A stretch of 63,995 nucleotides of DNA, counting the filler, from Stramenopiles sp. TOSAG23-3 (taxonomy: Eukaryota): assembly GCA_900128585.1 (NCBI GenBank). It is 5 parts of 5 records of this genome, joined end to end, with 100 filler letters (N's around TTAATTAATTAA, not from the genome) between each part and the next. Parts side by side here need not be neighbours in the genome. Positions count along the whole stretch, not along the records: positions 1 to 12,924 come from LT642656.1; 4 more parts are not named here. The stretch is one strand, 5' to 3'. How positions within the stretch are numbered: position 1 is the stretch's first letter; every line of letters starts with the position of its first letter. The translations under genes were made by a program, and so were the position numbers. Below, piece by piece: positions 1 through 10,859 of the stretch. Below the pieces are notes generated by a model. The model did not search any database and was not told the DNA's origin. It was given only the letters and a program-made list of their open reading frames with translations.

Positions 1-140
1 AAAAGAAAAGAAGAAGCAGAAAGAAGAAGAAGAAGAAAGAAGAAGAAATAAAAGAAAAAAGAAGAAGCAGAAAGAAGAAAGAAGAAGAAGAAGAAAGAAG
101 AAGAACGAAGAAATAAAAGAAGAAGAAGAAAGAAGAAGAG
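1..140. repeat. GAA/AGA-rich low-complexity purine microsatellite
   Basis: Imperfect (GAA)n tract read directly; similar tracts occur in other AT-rich host spacers. Confidence 0.8.
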
Positions 141-498
141 GTGGCCGTTGTCAAAAGTAGAAAGGAAAGGGCTAGATTTATATATAAACACAGCATCGAA
201 GGGAATTTTTTTAATAAAAAATAATAATATAAAAAAATATTATTTTCTTCTTCATTTTTATACCACGGGTATGACGAACGGTAAATTTCTCACAATTGTC
301 TTCTTTTAAAATCTCATTTCTCAATTAAACGATTAAAAATGAAACAGATAGAGAGTTAGAGAAGAGTGAAATGTTTGGATTCATAAATGCACCAGGAAAC
401 ATTAATAATTTATAACGCGCGGTATTTTTAATTGAATATAGAGCAATACGGCAACATACTTTTTTGCCTAGGGCCCCGTTTCTATTGAATATTTAGAG

Positions 499-3400
499 AT
501 GGCCGACTACTCCTCTTCGGACGCGAGCAGCACTTTGCCAGCACGGGGGTCGGAGGCACCGTTGCCCAGTAGAAATGTGAATAGACGACGGCAGGAAGAA
601 CTAAGCTCTGCAAGCAGCGCCCCGGAAGAAGAGGAAAGGAGCAGCGAGGAGGATAGTGACGGTTCCATTGAGGAGGAAAAGGACTCTGAGAGTGAGCCGG
701 ACGCCGACGGGCGAGCGCGCAACAGTGCAAACACGCGCGCAAAGCTAAAGTATTTAGAGGGCGCGCAGCAACAGCCCAACGGTGCCGGCAACGACAGTGC
801 GGCTGGCGGAGAAAGCGACGGCATCGTCTCGTTTGAAACTATTTTAGAGCGTGCAAAAGACGTGGAGTATTTGTGCAACGGTATGGTGGAGATAAAAGTT
901 AGCTCTCTGCCGCACTTTCGAGAAGCCATCAAAGCCTTTGTGCAGAACATCGAGGTTCACAACGATACGATAAAGGAGTACACGGGATTGAACGATGTCG
1001 TCGACGCCAGCTTGCACAGCGTCTTGGGGATGCTAACGATTGCGTTCAATCTGCTCACTCGGATTAGGGAGCAGAGCCAGAACTACATGTTGCGCTTGGT
1101 CTTGAACTCAAAGTACCGGAACAAAGTCCGGCAGTGCCAGACAAATTTGCAGGGGGTCGAGCACCGCCTTTTTCAGGCACTTCACACCGAAATGTTGCAA
1201 AGCAGCCAAGGCCCCCAAGACGCTGTGCCCGCGTGGGCCCCCAATTCGAACAGGTCGAAGATTCCTCTGGCCGGGAGCTCGAAGCACAGGAAAGTCAGAC
1301 CGCAGGCCGAGGAGTGGTGCCTCACCGCGGACCGCCACTATTCTGGTCTGGGCGTCGCGCAGAGCTATTCGCTCTCGTTTCGCAATTATTTGCGGGCTGC
1401 CAAAAGCGGCATGGTTCGGGCGATGAACTGCGTGGGGTGCATGTATCAGTACGGCCGTGGGGTGGACGTTAGTTTGCAAGAGGCGGAAGGGTGGTTCCGT
1501 CAAGCAGTTGCGTCTAACGATAGCGACGGGATGAACAATTTGGCGATGCTTCTCCAGGACAAAATCGTGGTCTCTTTGGAGGATGTGCTGGCTGGAAAGG
1601 CAAAGGACAGCAGGCAGCAAATAGTGGACGTTTGCGTAGAGGTCGAGAAGCTGTTACGGGCATCCAGCGAGATGGAGAACCTGGACGCAATGAACAACCT
1701 TGGCCACCTGTACGAGAATTCTAGCTTGGAACTTAGCCAGATTGGGGGTCCCCAGAAAGACACGCTAAAAGCGATCAATTGGTACCAGAAGGCCGCCGAA
1801 CGAGGTTACGCGAAGGCACAGAACAATCTAGGTTCTATCTACTACTCCGGTCGTGGCCTGGCCACGGGGCCGTCGTACGAAAAGGCAGTGGAACTGTTTC
1901 GCAAAAGCGCGGCGCAGGGGAACCCCCTGGCGCAAAACAATTTGGGAATCTGCCACGAAATGGGGCGAGGGCTACCGAAGGATTACCTCGCTGCGTCAAA
2001 ATTGTACAGCAAGTCTGCGATGCAAAACAACCCAAGTGGAATGAACAATTGGGGGTACATGTTGGTGCGGCAGGCAGAATCGGTAGGGGGAAGAGAAGAC
2101 GCTTTTCAGTACAAGCAGGCGGCAGACTTGTTTCGGGCAGCGATAGCAGCGGGCGATGTCCTTGACAGTTCCATCACATCCAAGATGGCACAGCGGGAGT
2201 TTTCAGGGGCAGCCCGCCGGCACGATCGGAAGGAGATGGGGCATTGCAGCGCCGATGCCTGCTTTAATTTGGCGTCCCTTTACGAGGCTGGCTACGGCGT
2301 CACCCGTGACCTGCCGGCGGCATTTTTGTACTACTGCAAAGCAGCAGATTACCCCGCCCGACCGCACACGCGGGCAGCGACCAGGACAGCGGCGATGCTC
2401 TACAGCGGAAGCGGCACGGCACGAAATTTCTGTTTGGCAAAGAAGTATTATCTAAAAGCTGCGTCGAAAGGGGATGCAGAAGCGGAAAACGCCCTTGGCA
2501 TCATGATCGAGGAAGGCCTAGGAAACGATGAAAATGGTTTAAAAGGCATCGGCGACCCGAAAGCTGCCGCGATATGGTACCGAAGGGCCGGGCAGCAAGG
2601 AAACGCGTACGCATTTTTGAACTTGGCCCGTCTGCATGTGCGGGGCGTCGGAGTGGAGAAAAGCATAACTTTTGCAAAGCATCTGCTCGACCGTGCGGCC
2701 GACGCTGGCTTGCACGAGGCTCAGGTGGAACGGAAGCGTATCAGCAGCGTGGCCGACGAGGGCATTGAAGAGGTCAACAGTTATTTGGGGATGGTCGATT
2801 TTGCAGACCACAATTTTGACTATGGCCGGGTCAAAGAAACTGCAGAGGCAGAGTTGAAGAAGCGCCAGGCCTCGCAACTCGCGGCAGTGACACAGGGGAA
2901 GCCGATCATGGATCAGCTGGACATGGACGTTTTCAAGAGCAACTTGTCCTCTAGCGGCCGCCTTGCGGATCCAGTGCCTGGAATGAATGGCAGCCGGTTA
3001 ATTGAAGCCAAGCGTATCCAGGAAGAGAAGAAAGCCCCACCAGAAAGACCGAACGAAGATTCAAACCGTTTGCAAATGTTGATTGAAACCGAAAAAGAGA
3101 GAAAGCGTTTGGAGAAGCGTATAAGCGAGACCAAGTTGGCACCACCACCGCCTGGAGTACGGTCCGCCAGCATGATCGAATCTCAACTAATGACTTATAT
3201 AAACGACGAAGTTGTCGAAGAGTTTCCTTCGGACTCAGAAACGAGCAAGTCCGAGGCGAAGGGGCTGGATCAGGTTGAAAAAATACTATCAGGTGCAGGG
3301 TTAATCGGCAGCGCTAGCCCACTTTCTGGCTCCCAATTTCCCAGTTCTCCGGACTTGCCCCCGCGTGCTGCTGCGCAGCTCGAGCTTCCACAAAGTCCGA

Positions 3401-3876
3401 AACACTTCTCTCCACCATTGCCGCCCAGGCGCGCCGGAGAACCAGCCTCTGGAAAGAAGGCAGTGAACTACGTGGACCCAGAAACGTGCGATGACGTCAT
3501 CATGTTCAAAGAGCGGTTGGAAGAAGTTCGCGATGAATATGGCGAAGACAGTCTTGAAGAAGCGACCGCACTTCACAACGTGGGCAAGGTATACGCGAAG
3601 GTCATCGAGCACAACATGAAACTAGACCCTTCCAATAACGCGTACAGCTTGGGGCTCGAAGCCGCGGACGAGTATTACACCAAAGCGCTAAACACTCGAA
3701 TTCTGGAGCTGGGAAAATACGACCATTTAGTCGTCAAAAGCTACAAAGCCCTTGCCAAATTGTATGGACGGCTTGGCGCTGGGCACAAGGATTTCAGCAA
3801 AAGTTCTCACTACGCAAAATCTGCTCGTGGCATCAGCAAAAAGATGAAAGAGTCCAGCAGCAGCAGCAGCGAGTAA
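499..3876 (+). CDS. Sel1-like repeat protein with N-terminal helical domain and C-terminal TPR-like repeats
   Basis: 1125-aa ORF with many SLR motifs (AQNNLGSIYYSGRG, AQNNLGICHEMGRG, ACFNLASLYEAGYGV, WYQKAAERG); C-terminal ATALHNVGKVY...KALNTR TPR-like segment. Confidence 0.9.
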   Translation: MADYSSSDASSTLPARGSEAPLPSRNVNRRRQEELSSASSAPEEEERSSEEDSDGSIEEEKDSESEPDADGRARNSANTRAKLKYLEGAQQQPNGAGNDSAAGGESDGIVSFETILERAKDVEYLCNGMVEIKVSSLPHFREAIKAFVQNIEVHNDTIKEYTGLNDVVDASLHSVLGMLTIAFNLLTRIREQSQNYMLRLVLNSKYRNKVRQCQTNLQGVEHRLFQALHTEMLQSSQGPQDAVPAWAPNSNRSKIPLAGSSKHRKVRPQAEEWCLTADRHYSGLGVAQSYSLSFRNYLRAAKSGMVRAMNCVGCMYQYGRGVDVSLQEAEGWFRQAVASNDSDGMNNLAMLLQDKIVVSLEDVLAGKAKDSRQQIVDVCVEVEKLLRASSEMENLDAMNNLGHLYENSSLELSQIGGPQKDTLKAINWYQKAAERGYAKAQNNLGSIYYSGRGLATGPSYEKAVELFRKSAAQGNPLAQNNLGICHEMGRGLPKDYLAASKLYSKSAMQNNPSGMNNWGYMLVRQAESVGGREDAFQYKQAADLFRAAIAAGDVLDSSITSKMAQREFSGAARRHDRKEMGHCSADACFNLASLYEAGYGVTRDLPAAFLYYCKAADYPARPHTRAATRTAAMLYSGSGTARNFCLAKKYYLKAASKGDAEAENALGIMIEEGLGNDENGLKGIGDPKAAAIWYRRAGQQGNAYAFLNLARLHVRGVGVEKSITFAKHLLDRAADAGLHEAQVERKRISSVADEGIEEVNSYLGMVDFADHNFDYGRVKETAEAELKKRQASQLAAVTQGKPIMDQLDMDVFKSNLSSSGRLADPVPGMNGSRLIEAKRIQEEKKAPPERPNEDSNRLQMLIETEKERKRLEKRISETKLAPPPPGVRSASMIESQLMTYINDEVVEEFPSDSETSKSEAKGLDQVEKILSGAGLIGSASPLSGSQFPSSPDLPPRAAAQLELPQSPKHFSPPLPPRRAGEPASGKKAVNYVDPETCDDVIMFKERLEEVRDEYGEDSLEEATALHNVGKVYAKVIEHNMKLDPSNNAYSLGLEAADEYYTKALNTRILELGKYDHLVVKSYKALAKLYGRLGAGHKDFSKSSHYAKSARGISKKMKESSSSSSE

Positions 3877-4137
3877 ATTAGTAAAAAAAATGAAATTGTT
3901 AACAAGAGTGTACATTGTGTAAAATAGGCTGAAAAAGTTTTTTGTGGAGAAAAATAATTTTTTAACCCACCCACCAGTTTTCCCTTATGATAAAAAAATT
4001 AAAAAACAAGAAAATTGGCTGTTATTTAAGTAATTAAGCTAAATTTTAATTACTTATTAAATTAACAAGCCAATTTTTTTGTTTTTAAAAACTTGCATCA
4101 CAATATGTGGGTTTAATAAATATACAACAATCATGTT

Positions 4138-6483
4138 TTACGAACTATCGCTGCTGTAACTGGAGGAATAGCTGCTGCTGCCAGAGTCGCTGGCACTGCC
4201 ACTACTGCTGCTGTCTGATTCGGTCTCATCCAAAATAGCAAATGGATCTTCGACACTGCGTTCGCTTTCACTGCTCTCGCTCTCACTGAGCACGCCCAAC
4301 GTCTCTTTGATGTTCCCAACGATTATTCGAGTGCGTGCAACGCTACCTTCACGTCTCCCGTCTCCATATACGACGTCGTACGTCAGTCCATCATCTTCAT
4401 CGGCGTACTCAATAACGGCAGGGACTTGTTTAATTCTATAATTGTCAGCATCTTGCACCACCATCACCTGGTTTCCCCGATACAGCCGTATGTTTTCGTC
4501 CGTGCCACCGGCACCGTGCTCACCATCGTCCCGAATGGGGCGACTGCCTTGCTTTTTTTTCGGCCGTTCGGTTTTCTGCTCTTCGGTGGTACCGTAATGG
4601 TCCAAGTTACCCAGCAGTCGGCCTTCTACCACCTCGTCTTCTTCCGTCAGCTCCTTCATGCGCTTTCTTTTCCGCCGGACACTCCGTTTACGACGCTTTG
4701 CATCGGTTTTGGCTCTAATTGTGCTGGCTTTCCACGTTCCAACGTTGTTGCTCCAGTTGTGAGCCTCTGTTTTTCGACTTCGTTCGAACGTTTTGTTCTT
4801 TTGCTCTTCTGCAGTTCTTAAACGCTTCAGCGCTTTTGGATTTTTCCAAGTTGCTTCCCCAGTATTCAAATTGTAGTAAAATTTTCGCTTTGTTCGTGGG
4901 TCCAGGTGAACGCGCCAAAATGCATCCCAGCTGTACTCTGCCTTCAGCAAGCGTGTCATCAACTCGTTATCCGTTTCTTCTTTGAGCCTGTCCTTGTCTT
5001 TCGTGCTCAGCACGACTTCCCCGTGCTTGTCCACCTTTGGGGCGTTGCCTCGCTTGATGGTCGATTTCACACGGCTGCTGACCTGAAAGCCCATTTTAGA
5101 GACAAAATGGTACACAAACGGCTGGTAGATCCCGTCACACATCTCTATCCACATGAGATCTTCCCCGGGCAAGCGAGACGGCGCCTTTCCTATGCCCAGT
5201 TCCAAGGCCTCGTACTCCTGTTCGTAGAAATCGTTCATCACCTTTTCCACCGCAATTGTCTTGCACATGTTGTGGCAAGATATCAGCCACGCAATGTCCG
5301 CACTGTTGGACAAATTCATATCAACTACCGCGCAGTGTTTAGTGGGGCGCGCGTTGGTAGCCATTTTATTGATCTTTGCGCTCAGCGCTAGAACAGGATT
5401 GCGCCCCGTCAGCTCCCTCATTGCTGCGTCTTCTTGTAGCTCTATTTTGCAACGGTTCAGCAGCCTTACTTTCCTGTCCTTCAATATCGCTCTGCGCAAC
5501 TCTTTCGGCCCGAAGAACCCTCGCAACCCCAAGCTCGTCGTCTTCTTTCGCATTCGGTCCCAAAAGTCCGTGCCAAGGAATTTTTCTTTCAAGAGTGATG
5601 ACATTTTGAATATTGGGTACAGGAGTGTTGGAAAGTCGAGGTTCATTTTCAATAGCTTTTTCTTATCGACTACGGGCATTTTTAGCGTCTGGGAGAAAGA
5701 ACACACGTCATCCGTTTCGACCGTTTCTAATTGGTTCAAGATGTTCAGCAGTATCGAAGGGTCTTCTGGCAGCGGGGACCCGTGTATACACTCCGCAACG
5801 TCTAGCAAGGTTTTTCCGCCCCTTATTCCCGCGACCACGATGCACACCCTATCAACAAGCTCTTCGTGATCGCACGTTCCAAAGACAACAAATGTTTTAA
5901 TTAAGTTGGGGAAGGACAGATTTAAACGTTTCGGGGGTATGTAGCGCACGTGGTTGCTGCTCCAGCTGCTGTGCGAAGAGGACGTGGTCGTCGAAGCGGA
6001 GGAGTCGCTCGAGGATTCGTCGTCATCATCGTCACTGGACTTCGCCTCGCCGCCTCCTTGCTTGTCGCTTTTCAACTGCAATGCCTTTTGCTCCTTTTTA
6101 TCGTTTTCGTAGTTGGCAAATGAATGAAAAAGCAGGTCCACGAATACCGTCCTTCGTACGTGAAAGTAAAGGACAAGCTCTCTAATGGTCACGCGATCAG
6201 GCAAGGTCGAAGCAAGCCGTTCAAAAATGGTCCATGCTCGCTTCATTTCATACAGGCTAATGGATAAGTCTACGGCCAACTGAGCGGAGATCGCTATTTC
6301 GGTTTTGGAGAGAACGCCAGCATGCAGCCTCAGGAGTTGTTCCATGTGCAAGACGTACAGCTTGTGCTCCTTTTGGTATTCTTTGATGTACCGCTTGCGC
6401 TGCCTTTTTTTAAGAGATGGAGGGACATCATGAGGAAGGGGAACAAACCCCTTCTTCTTCGTTTTCGATGCGCTGTTTCCCAT
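4138..6483 (-). CDS. Putative N-myristoylated protein with degenerate EF-hand-like region, WW domain and C-terminal Tudor-like segment
   Basis: Start MGNSASK fits N-myristoylation; WW motif WRVHLDPRTKRKFYYNLNTGEATWKNP; TYDVVYGDGRREG Tudor-like; ATG directly follows a YAG acceptor-like site. Confidence 0.75.
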   Translation of the reverse strand: MGNSASKTKKKGFVPLPHDVPPSLKKRQRKRYIKEYQKEHKLYVLHMEQLLRLHAGVLSKTEIAISAQLAVDLSISLYEMKRAWTIFERLASTLPDRVTIRELVLYFHVRRTVFVDLLFHSFANYENDKKEQKALQLKSDKQGGGEAKSSDDDDDESSSDSSASTTTSSSHSSWSSNHVRYIPPKRLNLSFPNLIKTFVVFGTCDHEELVDRVCIVVAGIRGGKTLLDVAECIHGSPLPEDPSILLNILNQLETVETDDVCSFSQTLKMPVVDKKKLLKMNLDFPTLLYPIFKMSSLLKEKFLGTDFWDRMRKKTTSLGLRGFFGPKELRRAILKDRKVRLLNRCKIELQEDAAMRELTGRNPVLALSAKINKMATNARPTKHCAVVDMNLSNSADIAWLISCHNMCKTIAVEKVMNDFYEQEYEALELGIGKAPSRLPGEDLMWIEMCDGIYQPFVYHFVSKMGFQVSSRVKSTIKRGNAPKVDKHGEVVLSTKDKDRLKEETDNELMTRLLKAEYSWDAFWRVHLDPRTKRKFYYNLNTGEATWKNPKALKRLRTAEEQKNKTFERSRKTEAHNWSNNVGTWKASTIRAKTDAKRRKRSVRRKRKRMKELTEEDEVVEGRLLGNLDHYGTTEEQKTERPKKKQGSRPIRDDGEHGAGGTDENIRLYRGNQVMVVQDADNYRIKQVPAVIEYADEDDGLTYDVVYGDGRREGSVARTRIIVGNIKETLGVLSESESSESERSVEDPFAILDETESDSSSSGSASDSGSSSYSSSYSSDSS

Positions 6484-6484
6484 C

Positions 6485-6663
6485 TGTATAGCCTTGCGTT
6501 CATTCACTCAATCACATACAATACAGTTGGAAAATACAACAAAGTAAGATAAAGAATGTGCTTCTTTACCTCTATGTATAGCCTTGCGTTCATTCACTCA
6601 ATCTCATATAATACAGTTGGAAAATACAACAAAGTAAGGTAAAGAATGTGCTTCTTTACCTCT
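6485..6663. repeat. Tandem duplication, 2 x 89 bp (period 90), of an intron-like unit
   Basis: 6485-6573 vs 6575-6663 differ at 3 positions; on the minus strand each unit contains G|GTAAAG. Confidence 0.9.
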
Positions 6664-7280
6664 CAGTCTGCCCGTTTCAATGTGCATATTTAGATCATGT
6701 ATAAAAGTTGTTTGTGGTGATTTACTTTTTAACAACAAAACGACGATACATCCATCATTCGATATCATAGATATTTGATTTATATTGTTTTAAAAGAATA
6801 TATTTTTTATATTTTTTAATTTTTTTTATAACGGCATTCTTCTCTTCTTCTTTCTCTTCTTCTTCTACTTCTTCTTTCTTCTTCTTCTTCTAAAAAATTA
6901 ACTAAAATAATAATACATTTTTAAACAAGTCAGCGAAGAAAGAAGAAGTGATTATGCGAGAAGTAAGGAAAGGTAAAAATTATTCCAAATTGTTTATTTT
7001 TTATTTACTTACATAGAAATACTATTATAGCTAATTTACAATATTATGTGAGGAGTGTGATGATATTTATTGATGATGATCTTTCTTCCCTTTTTTTCTT
7101 CTCTTCTTCTTTTGTTGGATACAGAAATACGAATATATGCAAAATGCAAATTCTCAAATATTGTGGATCTTTCAATTTACTCCAAATCACACACACGGGA
7201 AAGATTTCATAATCACAATTAATGTGAAAACCAAGAAGGTGTGAATAGCGCAAATTCATGGAAGAATTGGAAAGATCATT

Positions 7281-10200
7281 ATGGAACAGCAAGACGCGGA
7301 CACGCACAACGTCCAAACATACAATGCCAAAACATGGTTTTACAAGAACAAGCTCGACAAAATCTACGGTCCATTTTCCGATGGACAAATGCGTGTGTAT
7401 TACCGAGACAAGTATATCCCGGGCGATGTAATGATACGACGAGGGGGAACCAAAGAAGACCACACGAATGGGTTTGAAGCGCTAAACATTATATTTGTGG
7501 GAGATGACTTGGAAAGGGCATTTCTTCCAGGAGTAGGACCATGCCCGTCTGTTCCACACGACAACGGTGAAGTCGACCCAAACGCCGACCAATCGACAAA
7601 AAGCAGACAGGGCAGCAGCATGAGCGGCACGGGAAAAAAACCGTCCATCTCCAAACGAAAAAGTGTCCGCTTAGCCGAACTGAATAAACATTTTCGGCCC
7701 ACAGACATGACCTCTTTGGAGAAGGCGAAAGACAAGGCATCCCCGCCTGCAGCAGCCAATCCGAAGAGAACACCCATCGAATCCATTGCGACCAATGCGC
7801 CTGGGCCCGGTCGGAAAATTAGCGGCGAGCCATCTACGGCAACCATAGCGTCCGAGCTCATTCAACAGTACAAGGACTACATGCAGTCGCACCACATTCG
7901 CGTCGGAGACCTGTACAAGCGCCATGCGGCGGAACAGAAAAACATTTTAAGATCCTTTCTGACACGAACGTTGAAATCAGCAGACCCTGGTATGGGAAAG
8001 AAGAAGACATCTGGAAGTGACATTTCCAAGGAAAGGGGCCAGACCACTCAAGATATTGCCACTATTATTAATGAGCACGGTCGCATCATTGCTGAGACGT
8101 CCGCGCAATACGAAACGCTGAGGAAAGACAAGCCCCCGGAACGGTACGTGTTGGGGTTCTTGGACAAACCTGGGAAATTTAACTCGTTTAATTACTACGA
8201 GCGATGGGTTGAGGTTCGGGATGCCGGCACACCGAGGGTTCATTTGACGATTGCAAAGAGTGAAAGCGATCACACGAAACAGCTGTTTCCAATCTCGGAA
8301 ACGTCGGTTGTTCGCACGCTTCCTCTGAAATCCAGAATAGGCAAGCAGCCGGAAGAAACGCTTACTTTTGAACTGCTTTCCGGAAAGAAAAGGTCGATCA
8401 AACTCCGCGCCAAGACGAAGGACGATCTGGATGACTTTGTAGAGATCATAGAAAGCGAAATAAGCAAGTTGAAGAAAGCGGCAAATAACGAAACCATAAC
8501 CCCCCTCATGGACGCAGCAGTAGGGCCCGCCCGGACACCATCGCTCAAGCCGCAACTGTCGTCTGGGAACTTACTGAGCGACGTGCAGTTAGAACACGTG
8601 CCTTCTTTACACACCGTGCAGGAGAACGACGAGGCACTAGGCCCTTCCAATATTGAAATAGGCTCCTCGGATTCTCTGTTCGGGACAAAACGTCAACACG
8701 CCCACGAGTACTACTCGGTAGACGGAGTATTCGGTACCTTCGACTGGAAGCTGGGTGCGAGTGATGCAAGCGCAGACGTGGAAAAGTTTACCGCATTTAC
8801 TATGGAACTGTTGAAATACGTCAGACGAATCCACGGAGAAATAATCACGTTCGTATGCAGCAACATAAACAGCAACAAAAGCGGCAAAGTGATATCGTCC
8901 TGGGTAGTCTTGTTTGCAACCCTTTCATCGATGCAAAGCTTTTTTTTGGACTCGATCGTGAAGAGCTTGCTCCTTACGTTGAAGGATAGCTTTAAGGCAG
9001 AGTGTACGTTCACTTATTTTTACCCCAAGTCAATCAAGGACACGGTCATGGAACCCACGTACCTGCCGATGCGGCGGGGGAAGTGCGCAAACAATTTCAA
9101 ACAGTTGACCAGGTTTCCTATTTACCCAACAGCGCACTCGCTTATAGTAGAATACATCTTCGACATCGAGACAGCAAAAAAGTTTAGTTCCTTCTGCCGC
9201 TTCGAAAAGTCATTTACGAACGACCTCCGCGAGTACTGCTCGTCCGCATTGTTATTCTTCCACTCAAGCCACTCAAAAAATTCCAACAAGATTATTTGGA
9301 CGTTCATTTTCGCCAGCACCACCGCATTTGTGACTTTGTTCGAACAAGACACCACGAAGACGGACATTTTACAGCAATGCATCCGATGCTGCACGAGTGT
9401 CTCTGGTTTTGTCCTGCACCAAATGACTTGCCCAGAGAGCACAAAAATAGTAACCAGCCAGCACGAAAAGGGAATAAATTTAACGTACGTGCCTCATGTC
9501 CCCGGATCGTTTGCCCTTAATCCTGGGGCGACCCTTTTTGACAGCGTAGAAGGATCAGCGGAAAACCCGCAGTTGTGGGGGGCGGCGATGAAACTGGGCA
9601 ATTTTTTCAAGACTTGGCAAAAGCGCTATTTTTGTTACCAGAAGGCAGAAAACACAATACTCTACTTCGAGAACGTTCCGTCTTCTGAGCGCAGAGAGTC
9701 TGAAAGGGGGACCATCAAGTTAGACAAGGGCGCCACAGTCTTGCAACTAGACCGTATTTATGATATTGGAATCGAAATAATCACACAGAAACGAAAGTAC
9801 TACCTGATGTTTGAGACGGTAGGAGAAAGAAACCTGTGGACAAGAGCGTTGCAGTCGAGCGTATGCAAAACTATAAATGCTGCTGGTGAAACCATCGAGA
9901 GAGACGAGCTGCACGATTACTGCACACACGTGTCGCCCGGCACGCATCAATTTAGCGAAACGCTTGAAATTTTGCACTTTTGCATTGAAGCGTACGGGGA
10001 GAATCACATCGTAATTTCTTTGACAGCGTACACGGGGAACAGCGGCATCATCTCATGGGATGTAACTAGGAAGTACTCCGAGTTTGCAGATTTGAGAAAT
10101 CGAGTTGCAAGGCTTCGCGTTAGTGAAACATCATCGGAACAGTTCGGAATGTACTTGGTGCGTAGTCTTCCCCCGTATTACAAATTGAAGGACAACCTGG

Positions 10201-10505
10201 ACGTGAACGCATTCGAAGAGCAATTGGAAGATTTTTTGCAGATTATTCTCTCCATGCCGAAAATCAGAAAAACTGAACTGCTGCAAAAGTTTTTGAACAC
10301 TTCAACCCCAACTTTGGCAGCTGGCAGTAGGGATACCGGGTCGCGGCGCTTTCGCAACTCGATATCTTTGAAAGACAGTTTCGGGAGACGGGTTCGCTCT
10401 TCATCGGTTGAAGTTGAAGACGATACGTTTTTCATGAAACAGATGGAATTTGCATCAATGGACACCCCAGAGCGAAATAAATTGTTGAAACACACACTTA
10501 CTTAA
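7281..10505 (+). CDS. GYF + two PH + PX domain protein
   Basis: GYF: WFYKNKLDKIYGPFSDGQMRVYY; PH: GFLDKPGKFNSFNYYERWVEV and MKLGNFFKTWQKRYFCY...ERNLWTRAL; PX: WDVTRKYSEFADLR...LEDFLQIIL. Confidence 0.85.
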   Translation: MEQQDADTHNVQTYNAKTWFYKNKLDKIYGPFSDGQMRVYYRDKYIPGDVMIRRGGTKEDHTNGFEALNIIFVGDDLERAFLPGVGPCPSVPHDNGEVDPNADQSTKSRQGSSMSGTGKKPSISKRKSVRLAELNKHFRPTDMTSLEKAKDKASPPAAANPKRTPIESIATNAPGPGRKISGEPSTATIASELIQQYKDYMQSHHIRVGDLYKRHAAEQKNILRSFLTRTLKSADPGMGKKKTSGSDISKERGQTTQDIATIINEHGRIIAETSAQYETLRKDKPPERYVLGFLDKPGKFNSFNYYERWVEVRDAGTPRVHLTIAKSESDHTKQLFPISETSVVRTLPLKSRIGKQPEETLTFELLSGKKRSIKLRAKTKDDLDDFVEIIESEISKLKKAANNETITPLMDAAVGPARTPSLKPQLSSGNLLSDVQLEHVPSLHTVQENDEALGPSNIEIGSSDSLFGTKRQHAHEYYSVDGVFGTFDWKLGASDASADVEKFTAFTMELLKYVRRIHGEIITFVCSNINSNKSGKVISSWVVLFATLSSMQSFFLDSIVKSLLLTLKDSFKAECTFTYFYPKSIKDTVMEPTYLPMRRGKCANNFKQLTRFPIYPTAHSLIVEYIFDIETAKKFSSFCRFEKSFTNDLREYCSSALLFFHSSHSKNSNKIIWTFIFASTTAFVTLFEQDTTKTDILQQCIRCCTSVSGFVLHQMTCPESTKIVTSQHEKGINLTYVPHVPGSFALNPGATLFDSVEGSAENPQLWGAAMKLGNFFKTWQKRYFCYQKAENTILYFENVPSSERRESERGTIKLDKGATVLQLDRIYDIGIEIITQKRKYYLMFETVGERNLWTRALQSSVCKTINAAGETIERDELHDYCTHVSPGTHQFSETLEILHFCIEAYGENHIVISLTAYTGNSGIISWDVTRKYSEFADLRNRVARLRVSETSSEQFGMYLVRSLPPYYKLKDNLDVNAFEEQLEDFLQIILSMPKIRKTELLQKFLNTSTPTLAAGSRDTGSRRFRNSISLKDSFGRRVRSSSVEVEDDTFFMKQMEFASMDTPERNKLLKHTLT

Positions 10506-10859
10506 ATAACAGCCAATTTTCTTGTTTTTTTGAAACACACACTATTGTCTGGACAAAAACGAACTGTTGCAAGGAAAGGATGAATTGGAAACTTCAAGAG
10601 GTCAGTCACACATTACAAACACACTTTTAGATTTTAACAATCTTAACAACAGCCATTATTGTGTTTTTAAAAATAACAGCATAAATAATATATTTTATTT
10701 TTATTTTTTGCGCCGGTACCACTCTTCTTTATAAATAAAATCAGCCAATTTTCTTGTTTTTAAAATAAAATCAACGATGGGGCCATTAAGAGGATATTTT
10801 TTTTTTCGGGGTGCAAAAACTGGTCTGCATTTTTCCTAAGTTCCCAGGGGGAAAGTTCT

